A stretch of DNA of 64,000 nucleotides from SAR86 cluster bacterium SAR86E (GTDB taxonomy: Bacteria; Pseudomonadota; Gammaproteobacteria; Magnimaribacterales; D2472): NCBI GenBank assembly GCA_000307935.1, contig AMWX01000001.1:163388-227387 (forward strand), read 5' to 3'. The position numbers and the translations under genes were made by a program. The notes below the pieces were generated by a model that was not told where the DNA came from, did no database searches, and saw only the letters and a program-made list of their open reading frames with translations. Below are positions 37,618 to 46,915 of the stretch, in pieces; position 1 is the stretch's first letter, and each line of letters opens with the position of its first letter.

Positions 37618-39327
37618 TTAGAAGTTTGAGCCGGTAATGTCTTTTGCTGCCAAGTAACCAAAAGTCATAGCAGGACCCAAGGTTGAGCCAGGACCAGGGT
37701 ATGTCGGTAGCAAAGCAGTAGAGCAATTACCACAAGCATATAGACCCGGTATAGATTTACCTTCTTTATTGAGAACTCTTGCATTTGTATCTATTACTAA
37801 ACCGCCCGCTGTTCCCATTTCACCTGGATATAAAACCATGCAATAAAAGGGGCCTGTCTGAAGAGGAGCAAGACATGGGTTTGGGGTAACGGATGGATCT
37901 CCATAATACCTATCATAGACACTATCACCTCGATGCAGATCAAGATCTTTGCCCGTTGCTGCATAAGAATTTACTTTTGCTTGAGTTGCCAAAAGTCCAT
38001 TCACATCTATTCCAGCAACTTCAGCCAATTCTTCCAATGTTTCGCCCTTTGATAAGAAAGAAGGAGTCCACCATTCTCTGGGAACAGCTGAATCAGGTTG
38101 CATGGATGATTGGAGAAGAGGTCCGCATGGACGATTTTTTCTGAATTTACTATCAAAGACCATATAGCAAGGAGCGCATGGATTTCCCTCTGCATATTTA
38201 TCAAACATATCATTTACAAAACTGACATAATTTTGAGATTCATTAGAAAATCTTTCACCATTCTTATTAACAGTAAAATTTCCTGGCATTGACTTATCCA
38301 CCATTGAAAGCCATCCTTTGTCTTGTCCTGGCACTTTCATAACTGTAGACCACCAACCTGTATCCATTTGATGTGTATCAGCCCCTAGTTTTAAAGCAGC
38401 CTTTAGTGCATCTCCTGTATTGTAAGTATTTGCAGCACTCCACTCTATATTTGTGGGTTTTGGTAAATATTGATCTCTTAAGCCTTGATCCTTTTCAAAT
38501 CCACCAGATGCAAGAATTACTCCTTTGTTAGCCTTAATATTTATTTCAACATTATTTTTAGTAGCTTTAATACCAATGACTGCTCCATTTTCATTAATCA
38601 GATCCGTCATTGCTGTCTCTGTCCATAAATCAACATTCCTATCTTTTAAAGATAAAATTAATCTTGCAACACCTGCATTACCCATAGTAAGACGTCTATC
38701 TTTCCAACCCCATCTCAATCTCATGGGTATATCTAAAATATATTTAGTAAATAGTTTCGCAAATAATGATTTCCATCCAGGCAATGCACCAAGAAGAAGT
38801 TGACCCTCTACCTGTGTAAAGTTCATATTAATTGGGCCCATGGTGAATGCGGTTTGAGGGTGCTGCTCTCTCAATTTTTTAAGATCATCGCCAAGTTCAG
38901 TTCCCTTAATTGGTTCAGGCTCCATTGATCTATTACCTGCTTTACCACCGGGATTATCTGGAAAGTAATCTGGGTAATGTTGCAAGTTTCTATACTTAAC
39001 TTGTGTATTATCATGAAGATAATCAATCATTTTTGGACCTTCAGAAAGGTAAGTTTCAACAAGTTCATCTTTAATTTTACCTTCAGGTGAAACGCTATTT
39101 ATATAATCTCTTGCATCTTGATCAGAATCATCAACATTTTCAGCTTTTGCATACCTGTTATTTGGAATCCATACACCTCCACCTGATGTAGCAGAAGTTC
39201 CACCAAATTGAGTGCTTTTTTCAATTACCAACGTTTTAGCGCCACCGTCGTGACTGCATATAGCAGATGTTAAAGCTCCATTACCAGAACCAATCACAAC
39301 TACATCAAATTCATAATCCCATTTCAT
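37618..39327 (-). CDS. FAD-dependent 3-oxosteroid 1-dehydrogenase (KstD)-like flavoprotein
   Basis: 569 aa. EFDVVVIGSGNGAL...VIEKSTQFGGTSATSGGGVWIPNN closely parallels the N-terminus of actinobacterial KstD as I recall it. C-terminal GLYACGNC. Confidence 0.7.
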   Translation of the reverse strand: MKWDYEFDVVVIGSGNGALTSAICSHDGGAKTLVIEKSTQFGGTSATSGGGVWIPNNRYAKAENVDDSDQDARDYINSVSPEGKIKDELVETYLSEGPKMIDYLHDNTQVKYRNLQHYPDYFPDNPGGKAGNRSMEPEPIKGTELGDDLKKLREQHPQTAFTMGPINMNFTQVEGQLLLGALPGWKSLFAKLFTKYILDIPMRLRWGWKDRRLTMGNAGVARLILSLKDRNVDLWTETAMTDLINENGAVIGIKATKNNVEINIKANKGVILASGGFEKDQGLRDQYLPKPTNIEWSAANTYNTGDALKAALKLGADTHQMDTGWWSTVMKVPGQDKGWLSMVDKSMPGNFTVNKNGERFSNESQNYVSFVNDMFDKYAEGNPCAPCYMVFDSKFRKNRPCGPLLQSSMQPDSAVPREWWTPSFLSKGETLEELAEVAGIDVNGLLATQAKVNSYAATGKDLDLHRGDSVYDRYYGDPSVTPNPCLAPLQTGPFYCMVLYPGEMGTAGGLVIDTNARVLNKEGKSIPGLYACGNCSTALLPTYPGPGSTLGPAMTFGYLAAKDITGSNF

Positions 39328-39500
39328 AATAATTTTTTTAATTTTTCTTTAAATTGTAACTAATTCACTATAACCCATAGGGTATTTTTTAAAAAATATT
39401 CATATATCTTTATTATTATTGACAAAATTTTCCCAGTTGATACCCCCAAATTATTTTCATTAATGTCTATAATCTAATTTTATAAATTTATAATGATTAG

Positions 39501-40631
39501 ATGAAAACTGACATATGTAAAAAACTTGGAATTGAATACCCTATATTTGCTTTTACTCATTGCAGGGATGTTGTTGTTGCAGTTAGTAAAGCTGGTGGAA
39601 TTGGGGTGCTCGGTGCTGTGGGCTACTCACCGGAACAACTGAAGGAAGAGCTTGATTGGATTGATGAGCATATTGGAGAGTATCCATATGGTGTCGATAC
39701 AGTAATTCCTCAAAAATATGAAGGGATGGATGAAAAAGATCCTGAGCAATTATTAGAATCTTTACAAAAAATGATACCTGATGGTCATAGAGAATTTGTT
39801 GAAGAGCTTTTATCAGATAACGGGGTACCCAAAGCCCCAGAAACTAATGGTCCCAAGGGAGGTCTCTTAGGTTGGACAGAGGCAACAGCTGAACCTCAAA
39901 TTGATGAAGCATTAAAACATCCAAACGTAAAATTAATTGCTAACGCCCTAGGTACTCCTCCAGCAGATATGATTAAGAAAATTCAAGATAAAGGAGTTTT
40001 AATTGGAGCCTTATGTGGAAAAATTAAACAAGCCGTTGCTCACAAAGAAGCTGGATTAGATTTTATAATAGCTCAAGGTGGTGAAGGTGGTGGTCATACA
40101 GGTGAAATAGGGAGTATTGTCTTATGGCCTCAAATTATTGATGCAGTAGATGGTTTACCAGTTTTAGCTGCGGGAGGTATTGGAAGCGGCCGTCAAATGG
40201 CTGCAGCAATGTCTACTGGAGCACAAGGTGTTTGGTGTGGCTCATTATGGCTTGCTGTAGAGGAAGCTGCTGCTCAACCAGCTGAAAAAGACTCTTATTT
40301 AAATGCAACCAGTGAGGATACAATTAGAAGCAAGGCTTGGACCGGAAAGCCTGCAAGAATGCTGAAAAATAAATGGACTGAAGCATGGGAAAATCCTGAA
40401 AATCCTGATCCATTACCTATGCCACTTCAAGGAATGATCACTTTTGATGCTATGAGACGCACCTCTATGTATGCTGGCTCTGGAAGCACTCAAGAAGTTT
40501 CGTTTAATGCTGCTGGACAAGTTATCGGGCAAGTGAAACAAATTGAATCTGTAAAAGATGTTATCTATAGAATGATTAATGAGTATCTTGATTCTGTTGA
40601 GCGATTAAACTCTCTGCTACCAAAAGAATAA
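39501..40631 (+). CDS. Nitronate monooxygenase (NMO/2-nitropropane dioxygenase) family FMN enzyme
   Basis: 376 aa with IIAQGGEGGGHTG and LAAGGIGSGRQMAAA. Confidence 0.8.
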   Translation: MKTDICKKLGIEYPIFAFTHCRDVVVAVSKAGGIGVLGAVGYSPEQLKEELDWIDEHIGEYPYGVDTVIPQKYEGMDEKDPEQLLESLQKMIPDGHREFVEELLSDNGVPKAPETNGPKGGLLGWTEATAEPQIDEALKHPNVKLIANALGTPPADMIKKIQDKGVLIGALCGKIKQAVAHKEAGLDFIIAQGGEGGGHTGEIGSIVLWPQIIDAVDGLPVLAAGGIGSGRQMAAAMSTGAQGVWCGSLWLAVEEAAAQPAEKDSYLNATSEDTIRSKAWTGKPARMLKNKWTEAWENPENPDPLPMPLQGMITFDAMRRTSMYAGSGSTQEVSFNAAGQVIGQVKQIESVKDVIYRMINEYLDSVERLNSLLPKE

Positions 40632-40640
40632 TTTTTATTA

Positions 40641-40823
40641 ATGCTTGCAAGTCTCTTTTCTGAGCTCAATGACTTGCTATGGGGTCTTGGTATAGTTTCT
40701 TTTTCTATAGTTGGATTGTTGATATTACCAAAAAAATTTTCAGATAAACTCGGTCAGCACCCTCTAATTTTAGTGATTATGTTTTTTACAATTCTATATT
40801 TAGTAATAAAAATATTTAACTAA
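40641..40823 (+). CDS. Possible small two-helix membrane protein
   Basis: 60-aa ORF 9 nt after the NMO gene with two hydrophobic stretches. No homology recognised. Confidence 0.3.
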   Translation: MLASLFSELNDLLWGLGIVSFSIVGLLILPKKFSDKLGQHPLILVIMFFTILYLVIKIFN

Positions 40824-42115
40824 TTGCTTGAATTGAAATCAGTTGAAAAGTCCTCGACTAAATTAATAAATGCTTTTACTCCATTAGATAAAGCAGAATC
40901 ATCAACATAAAAGTATGGTGAATGATTTGTTGGGCTATCCTCGTCACCAGGCGCATTCACTCCCAAGAAAAAGAATAAGCCTGGAACTTGTTTAGCAAAA
41001 AATGAAAAATCCTCAGCACCAGTCCTAGGAACTCTTGCCTCAAAAAAATCTCCATCAGCAGCTTCACTCAAAGAAGAAGAATATTTATTAGCAAGCTCTT
41101 CATCATTAACAGTTACTGGATAACCTCCATATACTTGAAATTCTGCAACAGCCTTGGCGTGATGAGCAGCAGCTACATTTTCAGCAATAAGCTTAATCTC
41201 ATCTCGTATTTGAGCGGCATAAGAATCTTTGAATGTTCTAATAGTGCCCTCTAAGAATGCTGTTGAGGGAATGATATTATTTCTTGTACCTGCTTTCATA
41301 ATGCCAACTGTAACCACTGCTTGGCTATCTAAGAGATTTAACCTTCTGCTAACAATCGTCTGGAGTGTTGTTGCTATATCGGATGCTGCAATAATTGGAT
41401 CTACGCCACTCCAGGGTCTTGAACCATGTGTTTGCTTGCCCTGTACAGTAATTCTAAAAGCTTCTGCTGACGCCATAATTGGTCCAGGCTTAGTCCAAAT
41501 TTGACCATTTTTAAAGTTTGAGACATGTAAACCAAAGATGGCATCAGGTTTTTCAATCTCAAAAAGACCTTCTTTAAGCATTAGCTCAGCACCGCCCTCT
41601 TCTCCCTCAGGTGCTCCTTCTTCAGCAGGTTGAAAAATTAGTAAAATATCACCATTTAGCTTATCAGTATTTCTAGATAGGAAGCTAGCAACTCCAAGCA
41701 ATACTGCTATATGAGCATCATGACCACATGCATGCATGACTCCAACTTCATTACCTTGATAGGTAGTTTTAACTTTTGATGAAAATGGCAGGTTAAGCTT
41801 TTCAGTAACTGGCAAACCATCAATATCAGCTCTGAGTGCAATTAGCGGACCTGGGTTTTGACCTCTAATAAATGCAGTAACTCCTGTAATACCAAAATCT
41901 GTATTAGGCTCAAGACCCATCTCAGTTAAAGCTTCAGCTATAGATTCTTGTGTTTTGTATTCTCTGTTAGATAGTTCAGGATACTGGTGAAAGTAATGTC
42001 TCCAGTCAGTAACCTTTGTCATGACTCCTTGAAGATCTCTATTCAATTGAGTTTTTAAACCATCTGCTGATAAGGGATTTATCAACAACATTAAAATAAT
42101 AAAGTTTCTCATCAT
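40820..42115 (-). CDS. M20D-family amidohydrolase (aminoacylase/hippurate hydrolase-like), secreted
   Basis: 431 aa with MHACGHDAH and a signal-peptide-like N-terminus MMRNFIILMLLINPLSA|DG. The ATG abuts the upstream stop. Confidence 0.8.
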   Translation of the reverse strand: MMRNFIILMLLINPLSADGLKTQLNRDLQGVMTKVTDWRHYFHQYPELSNREYKTQESIAEALTEMGLEPNTDFGITGVTAFIRGQNPGPLIALRADIDGLPVTEKLNLPFSSKVKTTYQGNEVGVMHACGHDAHIAVLLGVASFLSRNTDKLNGDILLIFQPAEEGAPEGEEGGAELMLKEGLFEIEKPDAIFGLHVSNFKNGQIWTKPGPIMASAEAFRITVQGKQTHGSRPWSGVDPIIAASDIATTLQTIVSRRLNLLDSQAVVTVGIMKAGTRNNIIPSTAFLEGTIRTFKDSYAAQIRDEIKLIAENVAAAHHAKAVAEFQVYGGYPVTVNDEELANKYSSSLSEAADGDFFEARVPRTGAEDFSFFAKQVPGLFFFLGVNAPGDEDSPTNHSPYFYVDDSALSNGVKAFINLVEDFSTDFNSSN

Positions 42116-42994
42116 CTAGCCTTTTTTAAATACATTGATAAAAATAGCCGGTGTTTTATCCAAATAATCCTTGAAATCTGAACGTCTCTCTAGCGAACGT
42201 TTATCCATCATTGAAACTGAAGCAACTGCTATTAAAGCATACATAATTAATGTGCCTATCAACAGCCATGCAAACGATAAATTTGCAGCTAGTGCGAATA
42301 CAAATAGGCTAAACCAAAATAATATTTCTCCAAAATAATTTGGATGACGTGAGTAATACCAAAGACCTGATTTCATAGTTTTAGGCTCAGAAAGATTTTT
42401 TCTAAAATTAAACATTTGTTGATCAGAGATAATTTGGATAATGACTGCTGCTATAGCTAAAAAAGCAGCCAAAATATCTAAACTATTTAATTCGTTACCC
42501 GGATAAGCAAGAGCATAAATCATTGGAAGTAATGCCATATAAACACAGAGCGTTGGAATAAGATGTATTGAACCAAAATCTACCATGAAGTATTGAAATT
42601 TATTATTTGTTTTCCCCTTCATCATAACGTAGCGCCAATCTTCATGTGAAAAACCTTCCCATGACCTCATCCAGTTATAGGTTAATCTTATGGCCCAAAA
42701 CAAGAGACATGCATGCATTAAAAATGCTCTTTGAACATTTCCTGCAGCCGAAATATCCGCCCAACACATGATAGTTAAAACAACTGGAATAACTGACCAG
42801 AAAGCATCATACCAACTAGAGTTTTTAAAAATTACGCTTAAAAAATATATAAAAATGGTAGCCTCAATATGACAGACAAGTACTTTAAATATTAGCGATG
42901 ACTCAGGAAAAAGGCTCCAAGTAAATAACATAGAATAAATGCACGCTATGTAACCAACTAAAATAACTGATAAATGTAAAAGTTTAGTTCTCAT
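42116..42994 (-). CDS. DUF1295 / steroid 5-alpha-reductase-like polytopic membrane protein
   Basis: 292 aa with multiple TM helices and YSRHPNYFGEILFWFS. The start overlaps the fbiC stop by 4 nt. Confidence 0.75.
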   Translation of the reverse strand: MRTKLLHLSVILVGYIACIYSMLFTWSLFPESSLIFKVLVCHIEATIFIYFLSVIFKNSSWYDAFWSVIPVVLTIMCWADISAAGNVQRAFLMHACLLFWAIRLTYNWMRSWEGFSHEDWRYVMMKGKTNNKFQYFMVDFGSIHLIPTLCVYMALLPMIYALAYPGNELNSLDILAAFLAIAAVIIQIISDQQMFNFRKNLSEPKTMKSGLWYYSRHPNYFGEILFWFSLFVFALAANLSFAWLLIGTLIMYALIAVASVSMMDKRSLERRSDFKDYLDKTPAIFINVFKKG

Positions 42995-45405
42995 GTGATA
43001 TTAGTTAATTTTTTAGGTTGATGATAATCATTATTTATTGAGATGAGAGGAATAGACTGCAAGTTAATTAAATCATGAAGATTATTATCCAATGAATCAT
43101 ATAATGTATTTCTCTGTTGTATGTTTAAGTTTAGCTCATTGGCAATTCCTACAACGTCCTCCAGTCGGAGCTCCTGACCAAAAGAAGCACCGGCAGATCT
43201 TGTAATAGATTCATTCATCAAAACTCCTCCAATGTCATTTATCCCAGAAGATAGAAGAAACTTCAGTCCTGGAAGACCCATTTTAACCCATGAGCCTTGA
43301 ATATTATTAATCTGGCCTTGGAACAAAATTCTTGCAACAGAATGAACCAAAATTGTTTCTTTGAATGTAGGTCCAGGTCTAGCATGGCCGCGCCTATATA
43401 TTGGAGCCTCATCTGCAACAAAGGGCAAAGGAACAAATTCTGTTATACCATTAGTTCTCTGTTGAAGGTTTAAAAGCTCCAATAAATGATGAGCAACATG
43501 AGCAGTTCTCTCTACATGACCAAACATCATTGTTGATGTTGTGGGCAATCCCACAGAATGCGCGGTTTCAATAATTTCGATCCATTGCTTGGTGGTAAGT
43601 TTATCGGGGCAAATAATTTCTCTGATATCATCATGTAAAATTTCTGCAGCCGTTCCTGGGAGTGAGTTCAAACCTGCTTTTTTTAACTCTAGAAGAAACT
43701 CTTTAGCAGAGATATTTAAAGTTTTTCTACCGTGATCGATTTCTAAGGGAGAAAAAGCATGAATATGAATTGATGGTGAGCATGATCTAATTGACCTTAC
43801 TATCTCAAGATAAGTTTCACCAGAATATTTTGGATGTATTCCACCTTGTAAACAGACTTCTGTAGCACCTCTTTCAACTGCTTCTTTTGTTCTTCGAATA
43901 ATCTCTTCATGTGAAATATTATACGGCTTGCCTCTGAGGTCATCATGCCCCCTGCCTTTTGAAAAAGCACAAAAATTACATTTAAAAGAGCAGATATTTG
44001 TATAGTTAATATTCCTGTTAACAACAAAAGTGATGTCTGATCCATGCACTTGTGACTTAACATCATTGGCATAATCAGTAACATATTTAAAGTCAGTATC
44101 AGACGTCTCAAGGAGCTGCTGAATATTCTCAATAGATGGGTTGTTTTCAACTTTATTAATGGATTGACGAATACTAGAATTAAATACAGCCTCAGGATAA
44201 GAAGGTATTTTAGTGCTAATTCCTGATCTCCAGAAATCAGAACGAATAAGGGACTTAGAATCAGTTATTTGAAGTAGCTTGGAAGATATTATAGGTGTTG
44301 AAAAACTATCAAGATCAGTAAAATATTTTGGATATAAGGTTGATCTTGATTCTAAAGATTGATTTGAAATCGAAGCTATTTTATTTAACTTTTCTATTTC
44401 AGGCCAAGCTGCCTCTGGGTTTACATAATCCTTGGTAACTGGTGATATTCCGCCAAAATCATTTATTCCAGACTGAGATAGCTGTTTTATATTGTCTGAA
44501 TTTAAATTAGGCGGGACCTGCAGACTAATATCACCAGGCAAGATCAATCTGGACATTGCAATTGTCCACATAAGCTCATCGAATGATGGTTCGCTAGCAT
44601 TTGCCATCAATGTATTGGGCTTTGCTCTAAAGTTCTGCACTATAACTTCTTGGATATGATTGTATGTGCGATGCAATTCGGCTATTTTTTGCAATGACTC
44701 TAAGCGCTCCAACCTTGTTTCACCAATTCCTATCAATATTCCAGTGGTAAAAGGAACCTTTTGTTTTCCAGCTTCCTCTAATGTCTTCATTCTGAAAATA
44801 GGATCTTTGTCTGGAGAGCCGTAATGTGGTTGACCTTTTTCAGTAAGCCGAGATGATAATGACTCAATCATCAAACCCATAGAGCCACTTAGAGGTTTAA
44901 GTTTAGTAATTTCATCAGCAGTTAAACAACCAGGATTTAAATGTGGTATTAAAGATGTCTCATTTAAAACAGCTTCAGCGCATGCAGCTAAATAATCATT
45001 TGTCGTCTTGTAACCATTCTCTAACAACCACTCTCTTGCAGCTTTGTATCTCAATTCTGGCTTATCACCTAGTGTAAATAAGGCTTCATAACAACCGTGA
45101 GCCTCGCCCTCTTTAGCAATTGAAATGACTTTGTCTATTGATAAATAAGGTGATTCAACTTTTTTAGGAGTTTGAGCAAAGGTACAGTAATGACAAACAT
45201 CTCGACATAAAAATGTTAAAGGGATAAACACTTTTGGAGAATAGGTTAATAAGTTTTTGTAATGTATTGTTTTCTTTTCGTAGGAAGCTTTTATCAAAGT
45301 ATCAGATAAACAAATATTAGCTAAGGAACTTAATTCAGAAAATTCAATTGATCCAGAAGCAATTAATCGCTCTAAGGTTTGGTTTGACTGTTCTTGAATT
45401 TTCAA
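42991..45405 (-). CDS. fbiC: FO (7,8-didemethyl-8-hydroxy-5-deazariboflavin) synthase, fused CofG+CofH
   Basis: 804 aa with two radical-SAM motifs, CRDVCHYC in the N half and CSFKCNFC in the C half. Confidence 0.9.
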   Translation of the reverse strand: MKIQEQSNQTLERLIASGSIEFSELSSLANICLSDTLIKASYEKKTIHYKNLLTYSPKVFIPLTFLCRDVCHYCTFAQTPKKVESPYLSIDKVISIAKEGEAHGCYEALFTLGDKPELRYKAAREWLLENGYKTTNDYLAACAEAVLNETSLIPHLNPGCLTADEITKLKPLSGSMGLMIESLSSRLTEKGQPHYGSPDKDPIFRMKTLEEAGKQKVPFTTGILIGIGETRLERLESLQKIAELHRTYNHIQEVIVQNFRAKPNTLMANASEPSFDELMWTIAMSRLILPGDISLQVPPNLNSDNIKQLSQSGINDFGGISPVTKDYVNPEAAWPEIEKLNKIASISNQSLESRSTLYPKYFTDLDSFSTPIISSKLLQITDSKSLIRSDFWRSGISTKIPSYPEAVFNSSIRQSINKVENNPSIENIQQLLETSDTDFKYVTDYANDVKSQVHGSDITFVVNRNINYTNICSFKCNFCAFSKGRGHDDLRGKPYNISHEEIIRRTKEAVERGATEVCLQGGIHPKYSGETYLEIVRSIRSCSPSIHIHAFSPLEIDHGRKTLNISAKEFLLELKKAGLNSLPGTAAEILHDDIREIICPDKLTTKQWIEIIETAHSVGLPTTSTMMFGHVERTAHVAHHLLELLNLQQRTNGITEFVPLPFVADEAPIYRRGHARPGPTFKETILVHSVARILFQGQINNIQGSWVKMGLPGLKFLLSSGINDIGGVLMNESITRSAGASFGQELRLEDVVGIANELNLNIQQRNTLYDSLDNNLHDLINLQSIPLISINNDYHQPKKLTNIT

Positions 45406-45409
45406 CGAT

Positions 45410-45985
45410 CTAACTGTTTATGTATTTAATTAGTTTGAAGTAATCTTCCTCGGAGTCAAGGTCATCTTGAAGGCTTTCAATTGAAATATCCTGATAATTT
45501 AATCTATTATTTTTAAATTCATGCATAAAAAGATTGTAACTATTGAGTCCAAATTTTAGATCAAAGGAAATTGCTGAATTAAACATCAAACAATTTGTAC
45601 CTTGCATCGAAAGATCTGAAATAATACTAACTTTTTTAATGTCAAAGGAATGAGCTAACTCATGGAGATCCGGTTCATTTATTTTAGGGAGATCTGCATG
45701 CATGATTAAAATAATGTCATTGGTTGTTTGCGCATAGATAGCTTCATTTAGACCATCGTTTAATGATGAGTTTGTGAAATATGAAGTTGAATAGTCTAGT
45801 TGTAAGCTCTTGTCATTTGTCACAACTGTTATTGAATTACAGATTTTAGAGTTGTGCAAAGTATCAATAGTTTTTTTTGCCATTGAGGCAGCTAAAACTT
45901 CTCTTTCAGGTGAGGTAATAATATTTGCTAATCGATTCTTTGAAGATGAAAACTTTTTAATCGGTATAAATGCAGAGACATTCAT
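45410..45985 (-). CDS. cofC: F420 biosynthesis guanylyltransferase (CofC/FbiD)
   Basis: 191 aa with N-terminal AFIPIKKFSSSKNRL (family IPxK....K.RL). Positioned between cofD and fbiC. Confidence 0.75.
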   Translation of the reverse strand: MNVSAFIPIKKFSSSKNRLANIITSPEREVLAASMAKKTIDTLHNSKICNSITVVTNDKSLQLDYSTSYFTNSSLNDGLNEAIYAQTTNDIILIMHADLPKINEPDLHELAHSFDIKKVSIISDLSMQGTNCLMFNSAISFDLKFGLNSYNLFMHEFKNNRLNYQDISIESLQDDLDSEEDYFKLIKYINS

Positions 45986-46915
45986 TTATTTTGATTCAAG
46001 CTCATCAATGATTCTCTTGGCAAGTGCATTTTTTTTATTAACATTGTTCATAATTAAATCAGCAATATGAACCTCATAACCTAGATCATTTAATTCATTA
46101 GACTCACTTACATCAGAAGAATCTATAAAAATTCTTTGTGAGTAATTATTATAAAATTTAGCAATAGTTTTTACACTTACTTCTTGGCCGAGTTCTTGCA
46201 TCATTTTTGCTGTTGGTCCTTTTAATGACTGAGCATTAACAATTGGACTAATAGTTGTAACATTATGCGAATAATCATGTAAATAATTTTTTAGTTTGGG
46301 TAACTGGAGCATTGGATTAATGCTTACATAGGGATTTGATGGGCATATGATGATTTCATCATAAGTTGACAAATCAAGGTCTTTGTTAAAATCTGCCTTA
46401 TCAAGACCCTTGAAAACAAAATCAGTTACAGGTGGTTCGCACTTCAATTTAACAAAATATTCTTGAAATGAAAGCAACCTATTTTTTGTTTGTATATAAG
46501 TTTCAACAGATTGATTGCTCATTGGAAAAATAAATTTTGGGAGATTGAATGACTCACATAAATTATGTGTTGCATCTGTAAGAGATTGTCCAGAATTAAT
46601 TAAATGTGTTCTTTGAATATGTGTTGCTAAGTCTTTGTCTCCAAGTTGAAACCATGTTTCTCCCTCCATATCAGACAAAGCTGAAAGCATATTCCATGTC
46701 TCATCTTTTCTTCCCCAGCCCTTTGATGTATCGGATTCACTGGCAAGGGTATACATCACAGTATCAAGATCAGGACAGATTCTTAAACCAAGATGCGTGA
46801 AATCATCTCCAGTATTAACTGCAATAGTTAAGTTATCTGAATCAATTGAATTTTTAAATCCCAAGGCAAGCTTGGCTCCCCCAACACCCCCACATAACAA
46901 CAAATAATTCTTCAT
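45986..46915 (-). CDS. cofD: 2-phospho-L-lactate (or analogue) transferase (CofD/FbiA)
   Basis: 309 aa with LCGGVGGAKLALG and an ICPSNP motif. Confidence 0.85.
   Translation of the reverse strand: MKNYLLLCGGVGGAKLALGFKNSIDSDNLTIAVNTGDDFTHLGLRICPDLDTVMYTLASESDTSKGWGRKDETWNMLSALSDMEGETWFQLGDKDLATHIQRTHLINSGQSLTDATHNLCESFNLPKFIFPMSNQSVETYIQTKNRLLSFQEYFVKLKCEPPVTDFVFKGLDKADFNKDLDLSTYDEIIICPSNPYVSINPMLQLPKLKNYLHDYSHNVTTISPIVNAQSLKGPTAKMMQELGQEVSVKTIAKFYNNYSQRIFIDSSDVSESNELNDLGYEVHIADLIMNNVNKKNALAKRIIDELESK

Noticed and set aside
37616-37726. N-terminal extension of the SDR ORF (track start 37726) overlapping the KstD-like gene by 109 nt.
   Set aside because: An internal ATG at 37615 gives the canonical SDR N-terminus (MDFFNKTALITGSGQG). 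It sits 2 nt after the upstream stop, so the extension is unnecessary.
43800-44150. 116-aa same-strand alternate-frame ORF within fbiC.
   Set aside because: It overlaps the CofH radical-SAM region in another frame. It has no RBS and its composition merely reflects the fbiC codons.
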